Below are positions 9,319-20,765 of a stretch of 34,296 nt of DNA, piece after piece (the stretch's first letter is position 1; every line of letters begins with the position of its first letter). Under the pieces are notes generated by a model. The model did no database searches. It saw only the letters and a list, made by a program, of their open reading frames with translations, and was not told where the DNA came from. A program made the translations under genes and the position numbers. This stretch comes from Leucoraja ocellata (lineage: Eukaryota): contig JAWMAR010000388.1 in assembly GCA_036785375.1 (NCBI GenBank), positions 401,705-436,000 on the forward strand, written 5' to 3'.

Positions 9319-11376
9319 ATAGAAACATAGAAAATAGGTGCAGGAGGAAGCCGTTCGGCACCCATTCAATATGATCATCCAAAATCATTACCCATTTCCT
9401 GCTTTCTCCCCATATCCCTTGATTCCGTTAGTCCCAAGCAGTATATATAGCTCTCTCTTGGAAACATCCAGTGAATTGGCCTCCACTGCCTTCTGAGAGA
9501 GAATTCCACAAATTCACAACTCTTGCTAAAAAAAAAGTTTTTCCTCATCTCAACACTAAATGACCTACCCCTTATTCTTAAACTGTGCCCCATATGTCTG
9601 AACTCCCCCAACATCAGGAACATTCTTCCCGCATCCAGCCTGTCCAAACCCTTAAGAATTGTATATGTTTCTATAAGATCTCCTCTCATCCTTCTTAATC
9701 CCTTCATTTAAGCCCAGTCGCTCCATTCTTTCATCATATGTCGGTCCAGACATCCCGGGAATTAACCCTGTGAACCTACGCTGTACTCATTCAATGACAA
9801 GAATGTCCTTCTGCAAATTAGGGTCCAAAACTGCACATGATGCTCAGGTGTGTTCTCACCAGTGCCCTGTACAACTGCAGTTGGACCTCCTTGCTCCTAT
9901 ACTCAAATCCTCTCGCTATGAAGGACAACTTGCCAGTTGCTTTCTTCACTGCCTGCCTAACCTGTATGCTTACTTTCAGTGACAATTGTACAAGGACACA
10001 CAAGTCTCGTTGCACCTCCCCTTTTCCTAATCTGACACCATTCAGATAATAATCTGCCTTCTTGTCCTTGCCAACAAAAGTGGATAACCTCACATTTATC
10101 CACATTATACTGCATCTGCCGTGCATCTGCCCACTCACCCAACCTATCTAACTCACCCTGTAGCCTTAAATAATCCTCCTCACAGCTCACACTACCACCC
10201 AGTTCGGTGACATCCGCAAACTTGGAGATGCGAAATTTAATTATTTTGTCTAAATCGTTAATCTATATTGAAAATCCTAGCATTGAACCGTGCGGGCACC
10301 CCACCCGTCACGGCCTGACATTCTACAACGGGCCCGTTAATTCCTACTCTTTGCTTCCTGTCTGCCAACCAGTTCTCTTTTCAAAGGCCTTTTGAAAGTC
10401 CAGATGCACCACATCCACAGGCTCTCCCTTATCCATTTTCCTTCTTACATACTCAAAAAATTCTAGAAAATGAGTCAAGCATAATTTTCCCTTCATAAAT
10501 CCACGCTGACTCAGCCCGATCCTGTCACTGCTTTGCAAATGTGCTGCTATTACATTTTTAATAATCGACTCAAGCATCTTCCCTACTACCGATGTCAGGC
10601 TAACGTCTATAATTCCCTGTTTTCTCTATCCCTTCTTTCTTAAAAAATGGGGTTACATTAGCTACCCTCCAGTTCACAGGAACTAATTGAATGTCTATAG
10701 AACATTGGAAAATGATCACCAATACATCCGCAATTTCAAGGGTCACCTCCTTGTGTTGTTTCGGATGCAGACCATCAGGCCCTGGGGATTTATATGTCTT
10801 CTGTCCCAACAGTTTACCTAACAACATTTCCTGAATCATATGGATTCCCTTCACTTCCTCCCTCCCACTAGATCCTCGGTCCCCTTGTATTTCTAGGAGA
10901 CTGTTTGTGTCTTCCTTAGTGAAGACAGAACCAAAGTATTTGTTGAACTGATCTGCCAATTTCTTGTTTCCCATTATAAATTAACCTGTTTCTGACTGTA
11001 AGGGGCCTATATTTGTCTTTATTAATATTATCCCCGCAACTTTCCTTTCATGCTCTATTTACCCCACTTAATTAATCCCTTTATCCTCTGTTAAATTTTA
11101 AATTTCTCCCAGTCCACCGGTTTGCTGCTTTATCTGGACAATTTATATGCCTGGATTTAACATTCCCAAATTTCCATCATTTGCCACGGTTGAGCCGCCT
11201 TCCCTGTTTTATTTTTACACCAGACAGGGGTGAACAATTGGTGCAATTCATCCATAGGATCTTTGAATGTTTGCCATTGCATATCTAGCCTTTAAGTACA
11301 TTTGCCAGTTTATCCCAGCCAATTCCCACATCATACCGTCAAAATCTGATTCAGTTTGATCACAGTTATGAATAGC
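9319..11376 (-). mobile_element. Older CR1 LINE of a second subfamily, heavily decayed
   Basis: Minus-strand ORF pieces: KSPGPDGLHP, GFMKGKLCLTHFLEFFE, DFQKAF, QMQYNVDKCEV, LYRALVR, RRMRGDLIE. Reverse-complemented tail TAGAAACATAGAAA at 9319. Confidence 0.85.
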
Positions 11377-11417
11377 TATGGCACTAGATTCAGACTGCCA
11401 AGCTCGAGAGAAGAGGT

Positions 11418-11690
11418 TTGCATGGCCTTCATAACAAGAAGAGTTGAGTATAGGAGCAAAGTAGTCCTTCTGCAGTTGTACAGGGCCCTAGTGAGACCAC
11501 ACCTGGAGTATTGTGCACAGTTTTGGTCCCCTAATTTGATGAAGGACATTCTTGCTATTGAGGGAATGCAGCGTAGGTTTACAAGGTTAATTCCCGGGAT
11601 GGCGGGACTGTCATATGCTGAGAGAATGGAGCGGCTGGGCTTGTATACTCTGGAATTTAGAAGGATGAGAGGGGATCTTAATGATACACA
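11418..11690 (+). mobile_element. CR1 RT C-terminal fragment
   Basis: MAFITRRVEYRSKVVLLQLYRALVRPHLEYCAQFWSP...EFRRMRGDL. Confidence 0.85.
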
Positions 11691-11700
11691 TAGTTTTCTT

Positions 11701-11920
11701 GTAAGTAAGTAAGTAAATTTTATTTATATAGCACGTTTAAATCAACTCGCGTTGAAACTAAAGTGCTTTACACAAAAGAAACAATAAAGTTTCCGTACAT
11801 CTATAGTAAAATTAAAAAAGAGAAAAATGACACAACACATTATAGAATTCAACAAGAACGTCCCCCCCATAACAGAATCAAAAATGTCCACTGTGGGGAA
11901 AGGCACCAGAAAGTTAAGTC
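11701..11920 (-). mobile_element. Short non-coding retroposon with an L2-like 3' end and (TTAC)n tail
   Basis: The reverse complement ends TGTAAAGCACTTT...TGCTATATAAATAAAA + TTAC repeats. Homologous to 13750-13973 (+). Confidence 0.65.
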
Positions 11921-12218
11921 TTCGCCAAGCCTACGCTTGGTCTCACCGATATAGATCAGCTGACATCTAGAGCAGCGGATGCAATAGATGAGGTTGGAGG
12001 AGATGCAGGTGAACCTCTGTCGCACCTGGAACGACTGCTTGGGTCCTTGAATGGAGTCAAGGGGGGAGGTAAAGCGACAGGTGTAGCATCTCTGGCGGTT
12101 GCAAGGGAAAGTGCCCGGGGAAGGGGCGGAGCGGGAGGAAGGGAAGAATTGACAAGGGAGTTGCGCTGTTCCTTCTTAAACAGTTGAGGTTCACCTGCAC
12201 CTCCTCCAACCTCATCTA
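11921..12218 (-). mobile_element. Second PLE GIY-YIG fragment with a short inverted duplicate (~12187-12218)
   Basis: The reverse complement matches ~6585-6840 (NSLVNSSLP...SSNLIYCIRCSRCQLIYIGETKRRLG). GGTTCACCTGCACCTCCTCCAACCTCATCTA is inverted relative to ~11984-12014. Confidence 0.75.
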
Positions 12219-12999
12219 ACCAATCCTCTGGCTTCCGGCTACTCTTTGCTCTGTTATACATCTTTTCTTTTAGTTTTATTCTATCCCTAACTTCTCTTTA
12301 TATTCCTGGCCAGCTTCCTCCAATCGCATCTGAATCAGTTTCCATCTGATTACACTCCTTGAGGATTTTCATCTATGTGTTCAATTAATAAAACAACGAG
12401 ATTTATTCAACCTGTTCAAGGAATTTGGGGTGGGGGTGTGGGGTTTAGAAATAGTCAGTGAGGTAAACAAACATAATAGTTGAGTGGCAAATTACAATAG
12501 TGCTACCTTCCCAATATTTAACTGAAGGAAATAATGGGTTATCGGGGCTGTATGTTGTGACAGACAGTCTGACACCTTGCATCTCATTTTAATATTACAC
12601 TTATCCCATCCCCCTGGATATTCCGGATTAATAAATTAAGGTTTTGTCAACTAATTACAAATCTGGCTAATTACAAATCAATAACATTAGCCAACTCCGA
12701 AACACAAATCGCTGAGGATTGGGGTTAAGGCATCACGGACATCTGGCCTCAGTTCCCCGCTCACATCTGGTAGTGCTCCTCCGTCTGAGGTTTCAGGGGC
12801 CGTGGAGTGTTTTTGTAAGTAGGGGGGCTGAGTCACTGTCCTTGGGGGTAGGCGGCGAGGGAGTGGAACAACCGAGTGGGGGGAGGGTGTGGGAGGGGGG
12901 TAGGGACTTTTTGAAATTTGTTGTATTAAAATCATCTTTTAGTGCATTGTAGAAGTATGATTTAAATGTTTTTTGTTTGAAGTATTTTTAAGAGGTAAC

Positions 13000-13310
13000 A
13001 TTTTAAGGGGTAACTTCTTCCACACAAAGGGTGGTGGGTGTATCGAACAAGTTGCCAGAGGAGGTAGTTGAGGCAGGTACTATCCCAAAATTTAAGAAAG
13101 TTTGACTGATACATGGATAGGACAGGTTTGGAGGGATATGGACCAAAATCAGGTAGTGCAACTTTAGACCCCCTCTAAACCCATCTAACCCCCTCTAAAC
13201 CCAATCTAAGGATAATGGGGAAATCTTTTAGACTGAGATGAGAAAAACATTTTTTACACAGTGGTGAATCTCTGGAATTCTATGCCACAGAATGCAGTTT
13301 CTATGTTTCT
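13000..13310 (+). mobile_element. Two short CR1 3'-region fragments (~13000-13160 and ~13207-13310)
   Basis: AACTTCTTCCACACAAAGGGTGGTGGG... and GAGATGAGAAAAACATTTTTTACACAG...TTTCTATGTTTCTA, similar to the other CR1 3' ends in the window. Confidence 0.65.
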
Positions 13311-14547
13311 AACGCCCTCTAATCGCCACTAAACCCCTCTAAACCGCTCTAAACCCCTCTAACCCCCACTAAACACCTCTAAACCAGTCAAAACCTCTCT
13401 AAACCCGCCCAAACCCATCTAAACCACTCTAAAGCTCTCTAACCCCCCGCTAAACACCCTATAAACCCCCTATAAACCTCTCTCAAACCCTCTAAATCCC
13501 TCGGATCCCTCTAAACCCCTCTAAACCCTATAAACCCTATAGACTCTGCGAGCGCACTAACATCAAGACCCGGTGTGCGACCTTGCATCACCCGGCGTGG
13601 CTTTAATGGCCGCGGGACAATCGCTATCGCCAGCCGGGGGCTTTGACTTTGACATGGGGGGAGGAGTGCAGTTGAGAGATGTTTTTTTGGCCTTCCATCA
13701 CAGCAATGTGATGGATGTTTATGTAAATTATGTTGTGTCTCGGGTCTATTTAACTTTCTGGTGCCTTTCCCCACAGTGGAAAGCTTTGATTCTGCTGTGG
13801 GGGGACGTTAGTGTTGAACTCTAAAATGTGGTGTGTCCATATTATTCATTTTTATTTTTTAACCTACTTCTATGGTTTATTATTATTATTTAATTTATGT
13901 AAAGCACTTTGGGGTCAATGCAAATTGACTAAAAATGTGCTATATAAATAAACTTACTTTACTTTACTTTACTAAACCACTCTAAGCACCTCAAAACCCC
14001 TCTAAAGCACTCTAAACCCCTCTAACCCCTGTATATCCCTCTAAACGCCTCTAAACACCTCCAAACCTCTAAAACCCACTAAACCCCTCGAAAGCTCTCT
14101 AAACACATCTAAAACCTCCAAACACCATCCAAAGCCCTCTAAATCCCTCAAAACCCCTACAAACCCCTCTAAACCTTACCCCTCGAAGCCCCTCTAAACC
14201 CCTCTAAAGTCCTCTGGACCCGTCTAAAGCCATCTAAACCCATCTAAAACCCTCTAAACCCCTCCAAACCCCTCTAAACTCGTTTAAACTCGTCTAAACC
14301 CCTCTAAACCGCACTATACCCCTCTGATTCCATCTAAACCCCTCCAAACCCCTGTAACCCCTCTAAACACATTTAAACCCGTCTAAACACCTCGAAATAC
14401 CTCTAAACCTCCCTAAGCCCCTCTAAACCCCTTGATACTCCTCTGGACTCCTCTATGCCCATCGAAACCCCCTCTAAACACATCGAAACCACTCAAACCC
14501 CCCAAAACCTCTCTAAACCCCTCTAATCCCCCTCTAAACCCCACAAA
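13165..14547 (-). repeat. Degenerate 10-bp satellite, C-rich orientation (CCCCTCTAAA)n
   Basis: Tandem AAACCCCTCT variants, the reverse complement of the downstream array. Interrupted at ~13207-13310 and ~13541-13973. Confidence 0.95.
13541..13973 (+). mobile_element. Chimeric non-coding retroposon: body shared with the 24994-25870 element, 3' end shared with the 11701-11920 element
   Basis: ~13548-13751 is the reverse complement of ~25087-25320 (CAAGACCCGGTGTGCGACC...GGCCTTCCATCACAGC...GGGTCTATTT). 13750-13973 is the reverse complement of 11701-11917. Confidence 0.8.
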
Positions 14548-14699
14548 TGTCCAGACGGAAGAACAGCTTCGCACAGGTAGAAGTTGCAGATGCTGCTTTC
14601 AACCGAAGATATACACAAAAAGCTGGAGTAGCCCATCGTGACAGACAGCATCTGTGGGCAAAAGGGTCTCGAAAAGGAACTGTGCGAGTCGGCACTGAC

Positions 14700-14935
14700 C
14701 AGCGACCCCCACACATAATCGATGTCCGACACACACTGGCGACAATTTACATTTAAACCTGTATATCTACACGCCTGCGCGTCCTTGGAGTTCGGGAGGA
14801 AACCGAAGATGTCGGAGAAAATCCTCGTGGTCTGGGGGAGAACGTACACACTCCACACAGACAGCACCCTTAGTCGGGATTGAACCCGCGTCTCTGGCGC
14901 TGTCAGGCAGCAACTCTACCGCTGTGCCACCGTGC
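14700..14935 (-). mobile_element. tRNA-derived SINE (HE1/V-SINE-like)
   Basis: The minus strand starts GCACGGTGGCACAGCGGTAGAG (A box) ... GGTTCAATCCC (B box), then TGCTGTCTGTGTGGAGTGTGTACGTTCTCCCC...GGTTTCCTCCC core. Confidence 0.75.
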
Positions 14936-15015
14936 TGGATAGCTTGAGCTCAGAAACGCAGATATAACATATGTGGTCACAAAACTCTGTAGTAACAGCG
15001 GGGCAGGCAGCATCT

Positions 15016-15130
15016 CTGGAGAAAATCCACGCGGTCACGGGGAGAACGTATTAACCGCGCAGCCGGCGGCCGTGGTCGGAATCGAACCCGGGTCTGAACC
15101 TGTGAGGCACAACTCTACCGCTGCGCCACT
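15016..15130 (-). mobile_element. Second, truncated tRNA-derived SINE head
   Basis: Minus strand AGTGGCGCAGCGGTAGAG ... GGTTCGATTCC ... ACGTTCTCCCCGTGACCGCGTGG. Confidence 0.65.
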
Positions 15131-15143
15131 GTTTACTGGTGCC

Positions 15144-15264
15144 CTCCCCTAAATCCCCATTTAATGATGCGCTCCCCTAATTACCCATTTAATGATGCGC
15201 TCCGCTTTTCGCACCAGGATCGCACTTTTCGTAACAGGCTCGCATTTTTCGTGCCAGGCTCCCA
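15144..15264. repeat. Two adjacent short tandem arrays: 28 bp x2 and 20 bp x3
   Basis: CTCCCCTAA(A/T)T(C/A)CCCATTTAATGATGCG x2 (15144-15199). CTTTTCGCACCAGGATCGCA / CTTTTCGTAACAGGCTCGCA / TTTTTCGTGCCAGGCTCCCA (15205-15264). Confidence 0.85.
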
Positions 15265-18200
15265 CTTTATAGAGGGAATATAGAGGGATTTGCATCGGTT
15301 TACAGGGATTTACAGGCGGTTAGAGGGTATTACAGGGGTTTTACAGGTGTTTACATGAATTTAGAGAGGTTTCGAGAGGTTTAAAGGGGTTTAGAGGGTT
15401 TTAGAGATGTTTACAGGTGTTTGTAGGCTTTACAGGGGTTTAGAGCGGTTTACACATGTTTAGAGGGTTTTAGAGAGGTTTATAGGGGTTTACAGGTGTA
15501 GAGATGTTTAGAGGGGTTTAGAGGGGTTTAGAGAGATTTACATGGGTTTAGAGGTGTTTACAGCGATCTAGAGGGGTTTACAGTGGTTTACGGGCGTTTA
15601 CTGGGGCTTAGCCGGGTCTACCGGGGTTTACAAGTGTTTAGAGGTGTTTAGAAGGGTGTAGAGGTATTTACAGTGGCTAGAGGGATGTGCAGGGGTTTAG
15701 AGGGATGGTTTAGAAGGTTTTAGATGGGTTTTGTAGGGGTTTAGAGGGATGTAGAGTTGTTTACAGGGGTTTAGGGGGGGGTTACATGGCGTTTACATGG
15801 GGTTAGATGGGTTTAGCGGGGTTTATTGTGGGTTAGATGCGGTTAGAGTGGTTCACAGGGGGTTTAGAGGGCTTTATATGGGGTTTTGAGAGGTGTCGGG
15901 CGGTTTGGAGGGGTTAGGAGAGGTTTACAGGGGTTTAGAGGGGTACAGAGGATTTTAGATGTTTAGATAGGTTTAGTGGGTTTACATGTGTTTACAGGTT
16001 ACTGGTGTTTAGAGGGGTTTCGAGTGGCTTCGAGGGGTTTAGAGGGGTTTGCATGTGTTTAGAGGTTTTAGAGAGATGTACAGGGGTTTAAAGGGGTTAA
16101 CATGGTGTTTACAGATGTTTGGAGGTGTAGATATGTTTAGAGGAGGTTACAAGGGTTTAGCGGGTCTTAGTTAGGTTTACAGGTGTTTAGAGGGGTTTAC
16201 ATGGGGTTTACACAGGTTTAGGGGGTGTTTGCAGGAGTTTAAAGGTGTTGAGAGTGGTTTGGAGGGAATTTAAGGGGTTTAGAGGACCTTATAGGTATTT
16301 AGAAGGGGTTAGAGGGATTTACAGGGGTTCAGAGGGATGTGCAGGGGTTTATTTGGGTTTAGAGGATTTACAGGGGGCTAGGGGGGTTTACATGTGTTTA
16401 CAGTATTTTGATGGGTTTTTACAGGTTTCGAGGGTTTTATAGGTGTTTAGAGGGGTTTACGGGGTGTGCAGGGGTTTGGAGGTGTCTGGAGAGGTTTAGA
16501 GCAGTTTGGAGGGATTTGGAGGGGGTTGGAGGGGTTTAGAGGGATTTGCATCGGTTTAGAGGGATTTACAGGGGGTTTAGAAGGTTTTCTACAGGGGTTT
16601 TACAGGTGTTTACAGGAATTTAGAGTGGTTTAGAGGGTTTTAGAGATGTTTACAGATGTTTAGTAGGCTTTACAGGGGTTTAGAGGGGTTTACACGTGTT
16701 TAGAGGATTTATAGGGGTTTACAGGTGTTTACAGGTGTAGAGAGGTTTAGCGTGGTTTACAGGGGTTTGGAGGGTTTTAGTTTATATAGGTCTAGAGGGG
16801 TTTACCGTCGTTTACTGGGGCTTAGCGGGGTTTACCGGGGTTTACAAGTGTTTAGAAGGGTTTAGATGGGGGTTAGAGACCTTTAGAGTTGTTTACAGGG
16901 GTTTAGCGGTCTTTAGAGGGGGTTTACAGGGGATTTACATGGTGTTTACAGGGGGTTTAGATGGGTTTAGCGGGGTTTATTGCGGTTTAGATGTGGTTAG
17001 AGTGGTTCACAGGGATTTAAAGGGCTTTATATGGAGTTTTGAGGGTTTCGGGCGGTTTGGAGGGGTCAGGAGAGGTTTAGAGCTGTTTGAGGGATTTGGA
17101 GGGGTTTAGAGAGGTTTTGAGGGGTATGGTGGGGTTTAGTGTGACACATGGGTTTAGAGGGATTTACAGGGATTTACGGGGGTTTGGAGGGGTTTACAGT
17201 GGTTTGCAAGTGTTTACATGTGTTTAGGGGGGTTTACATGGGGTATACAAGGGGTTTGGATGGGCTTACTGGGGTTTAGAGGGCTTTTTAGGGGTTTAGA
17301 GGGGTTTAAAGGGGTATTCAGGTGTTTACAGGTGTAGAGGGGTTTGGAGGGGTTTACACTGGGTTTACAGGTCTTTACTGGGGTTTACAGGCGTTTACTG
17401 GGGCTTAACGGGGTTTACAAGTGTTTAGAGGTATTTGGCGGGGGTTCAGAGGGATTTACAGGGGTTTAGAAGGGTTTACGTGTTTACAGCTGTTTTGATG
17501 GGTTTTTAGGGGGTTTAGAGGGGTTTATAGTTGTTTAGAGAGGTTTACAGGGGGTTTAGAGGGGTTTACGAGGTTTGGGAGGGGGGTTAGATGGGGTTTG
17601 AGGGGTTTAGTGGGTTTTATATGTGTTTAGAGGGGATTAGAGGGGTTTACAGACGTTTATAGTGTTTACAGGCGTTTAGGGTGTTTTAGAGAGGTTTACA
17701 GGGGGTTTACAGGGGGTTTAGAGGGGTTTACATAGGGGTTACACGTGTTTATAGATGTGTAGACGGTTTTAGAGAGATTAACACAGGTTTACAAGGGTTG
17801 AGAGGAGTTTCCAATGGTTTTGGGGGTTTACATGGTGTTTACAGGGGTTTTAAGGGGTTCAGTGGGCTTTATAGGGGTTTAGAGGTGTCTAGAGTAATTA
17901 ACCGCGGTTTAGATTGGTTTACATGGGGTTTACAGGGTGTTATAGGGGGGTTAGATGGCTTTATATGTGTTTGGTTGGCTTTGGGGGGCGGGTTTGGAGG
18001 GATTTAGAGGGGGTTTGCAGGGGTTTGGAGGTGTCTGGAGAGGTTTAGAGTAGTTTGGAGAGATTTGGAGGGGATTTGCAGGGGTTTGGAGGTGTCTGGA
18101 GAGGTTTAGAGGGGTTTTGAGGGATTTGCAGGTGTTTACAGGAGAGTGGTTTAGAGCGGCTTAGAGGGTTTTAGAGATGCTTACAGGTGTTTAGTAGGCT

Positions 18201-20369
18201 TTACAGGGGTTTAGAGGGGTTTACGCATGTTTAGAGGGTTTTAGAAATGTTTATAGGGGTTTACAGGTGTTTACAGGTGTTTACAGGTGTAGAGAGGTTC
18301 ATAGTGGTTTACAGGGGTTTAGAGAGTTTTAAAGAGGTTTAGATGACTTTACAGGGATGTAGAGGGGTTTACAGTGGTTTACCGGCGTTTACTGGGGTTT
18401 AGCGGGGTTTACCGGGGTTTAGGGGGGGTTTACCTGTGTTTACTGGTGTTTTGAGAGGTTTCAAGTGGGTTCAAGGGGTTTAGAGGGGTTTGCATGTGTT
18501 TAGAGGGTTTTAGAGAGGTGTACATGGGTTTAAATGGGTTAACATGCGGTTTACAGGGGTTTAGGGGAGTGTACATGGTGTTTACAGGGGGGGTTCAGAG
18601 GTGTTTAGAGGGGTTTACAAGGGGTTTACAGGTGTTTACAGGTATTGAGAGAGTATTAGAGAGGTTTACAGGGGTTTAGAGGCTTACATGGGTTTAGAGC
18701 GGTTTAGGGGGGTTTACATGAGGTTTGCAGGGGCGGTGTAGATGGGTTTACAGGGGTTTACAGGGCTTCATAGCGGTTTACTGGAGTTTACAGGGGTTTC
18801 GAGGGGTTTAGCGGGTTTAGTGGCGTCTAGAGTAGTTAACCGGGATTTAGATGGGTTTACATGGGGTTTATAGGGGGTTAGATGGCCTTATAGGGGTTTG
18901 GAGGGGTTTAGAGGGATTTACATCGATTTATAGGGATTTACCTGTAAATCCCTGTTTAGACCTGTTTAGAGGGGTTTACAGGGGTTTGGGGGGGGGGTAT
19001 TTACATGGAGTTTACAGGTGTTTACTGGTGTTTCGAGTGGCTTCGAGGGGTTTAGACGGTTTTGCATGTGTTTAAAGGGTTTTAGAGAGATGTACATGGG
19101 TTAACATGGGGTTTACAGGCGTTTATTGGGGCGTTGCGGGGTTTACCGGGGATTACAAGTGTTTAGAGGTGTTTAGGGGGATTTACAGGGGTTTAGATCG
19201 GTTTAGAGAGGCTTAAAGGGGTTTCAACGGCTTCAGAGTGTTTTAGAGAGGTTTACAGGGGGTTTAGATGGGGTTTACGGGGGTTTGGGGGGGTCTACAT
19301 GGGTTTGCAGGGGGGTTTAGAGGGGTTTAGAGGGCTGTATATGGGTTTATAGGTGTTCACAGGGGTTTACTGGGTTTTGGGGGGTTTAGATGGCTTTATA
19401 GGGGTTTAGAGAGGTTGAGAGGGGTTTACAGGGTTTTAGACGGGTTAACATGTGGTTTAGTGGTGTTTGGATGGGCGGTTTGGAGGGGATCGGAGGGGAT
19501 TAGAGATGTTTAGTGGGGGTTAGAGAGGTTCACAGGGGGTTAGAGCGGTTATCAGGGTTTTAAAGGTGTTTAGAGGGGGTTCAGATGCATTTACAGGGGG
19601 TTTACAGGGGCTTATAGTGGTTTAGAGGGATTTCGAGATGTTTACAGAGGTTTAGAGATGTTTAGAGAGGTTTACATGCGTTTATAATGGTTTACAGGGG
19701 TTTAGAGGATTTTAGAGAGGTTTACAGGGGTTTAGGGGATTTAGAAGGAGTTACAATGCTTTATAGTGGTTTAGAGTGGTTTAGAGGGGTTTATATGGGT
19801 TTAGAGGGGTTTAGCGGGCTTTATTGCGGTTTATAGGCGTTTAGAGTGGTTCACGGATTTAGAAGGGTTTACATGAGGTTTACAGGGAGGGGTTATAGGG
19901 GTTTAGAGGGGTGTTGGGCGGTTTGAGGGGTCTGGTGAGGTTTAGAGCGGTTTGGTGGTTTAGAGGGGGTTAGAGGGATTTTGTGGGTTTTAATGATGTT
20001 TACAGAGGATTAGAAAGGTTTACAGGGGTTTATGGGGTTTACAGGGGTTTAGGGAGGTTTACATGGGTTTTATCGGGGTTTAGTGGGGTTTACAGGTGAT
20101 CAAGGGGGTTTACATGGTGTTTACAGGAGGGTTTAGATGGATTTAGAGGGGTTTGGAAGGGTTTTCATGGGGTTTACAGGGTGTTTATAGGGGCGTTTAT
20201 GGTGGTTTGGAGGGCTTTTGAAGGTGTTGGAGATATTTAGAGGGGGTTTGCAGGAGTGTGTAGGTGTCTGGGGAGGTTTAGAGGTGGTTAGAGGGGTTTA
20301 GAGGTGGTTAAAGTGGTTCGGAGGGTTTTAGATGGGTTTAGAGGTATTTAGAGAGGTTTAGAGTGGTTA

Positions 20370-20633
20370 AAACCGAGATGAGAAGAACTTTTTTCACACA
20401 GAGAGTGGTGAATCTCTGGAACTCTCTGCCACAGAGGGTAGTTGAGGCCAGTTCATTGGCTATATTTAAGAGGGAGTTAGATGTGGCCCTTGTGGCTAAG
20501 GGGATCAGGGGGTATGGAGAGAAGGCAGGTACGGGATACTGAGTTGGATGATCAGCTATGATCATATTGAATGGCGGTGCAGGCTCGAAGGGCCGAATGG
20601 CCTACTCCTGCACCTAATTTCTATGTTTCTATG
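20370..20633 (+). mobile_element. CR1 3'-end fragment (~260 bp) inserted in the satellite
   Basis: GAGATGAGAAGAACTTTTTTCACACAGAGAGTGGTGAATCTCTGG...GGGCCGAATGGCCTACTCCTGCACC + (TTTCTATG)2 tail. Confidence 0.85.
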
Positions 20634-20765
20634 TTTAGAGGGTTTTACATGTGTTTACAGGTATTTAGAGAGGTTTAGAGTGGTTTAGAGCGGTTTAAAA
20701 GGTTTAGAGGGGTTTAGAGATGTTTACAGCTGTTTAGTAGACTTTACAGAGGTTTCGAGGGATTT

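Larger units (their letters stand above)
7430..11417 (+). mobile_element. Fragmented relic of a Hero/R2-group (RLE-type) non-LTR retrotransposon RT; pieces ~7430-7538, ~8998-9318, ~11377-11417
   Basis: Joining the pieces across two CR1 insertions gives ...PGPN|GVPYRVHKSAPDVLRF...WRRAGGMFIPK...NQFR...NVEGKIFFCIVAQRLASYLERNRLIDTTVQKVGIPGFAGYLEHISKI|WH*IQTAKLERR, with frameshifts and stops. Confidence 0.7.

Noticed and set aside
14860-15130. Two tRNA genes
   Set aside because: The A/B boxes continue into SINE core sequence and no complete cloverleaf is evident.
15144-15264. CRISPR-like array
   Set aside because: Eukaryotic context, no unique spacers and no cas genes.
13165-15300. Ancestral telomere-telomere fusion site
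   Set aside because: The orientation is the reverse of a fusion, and the unit is 10 bp, not TTAGGG.
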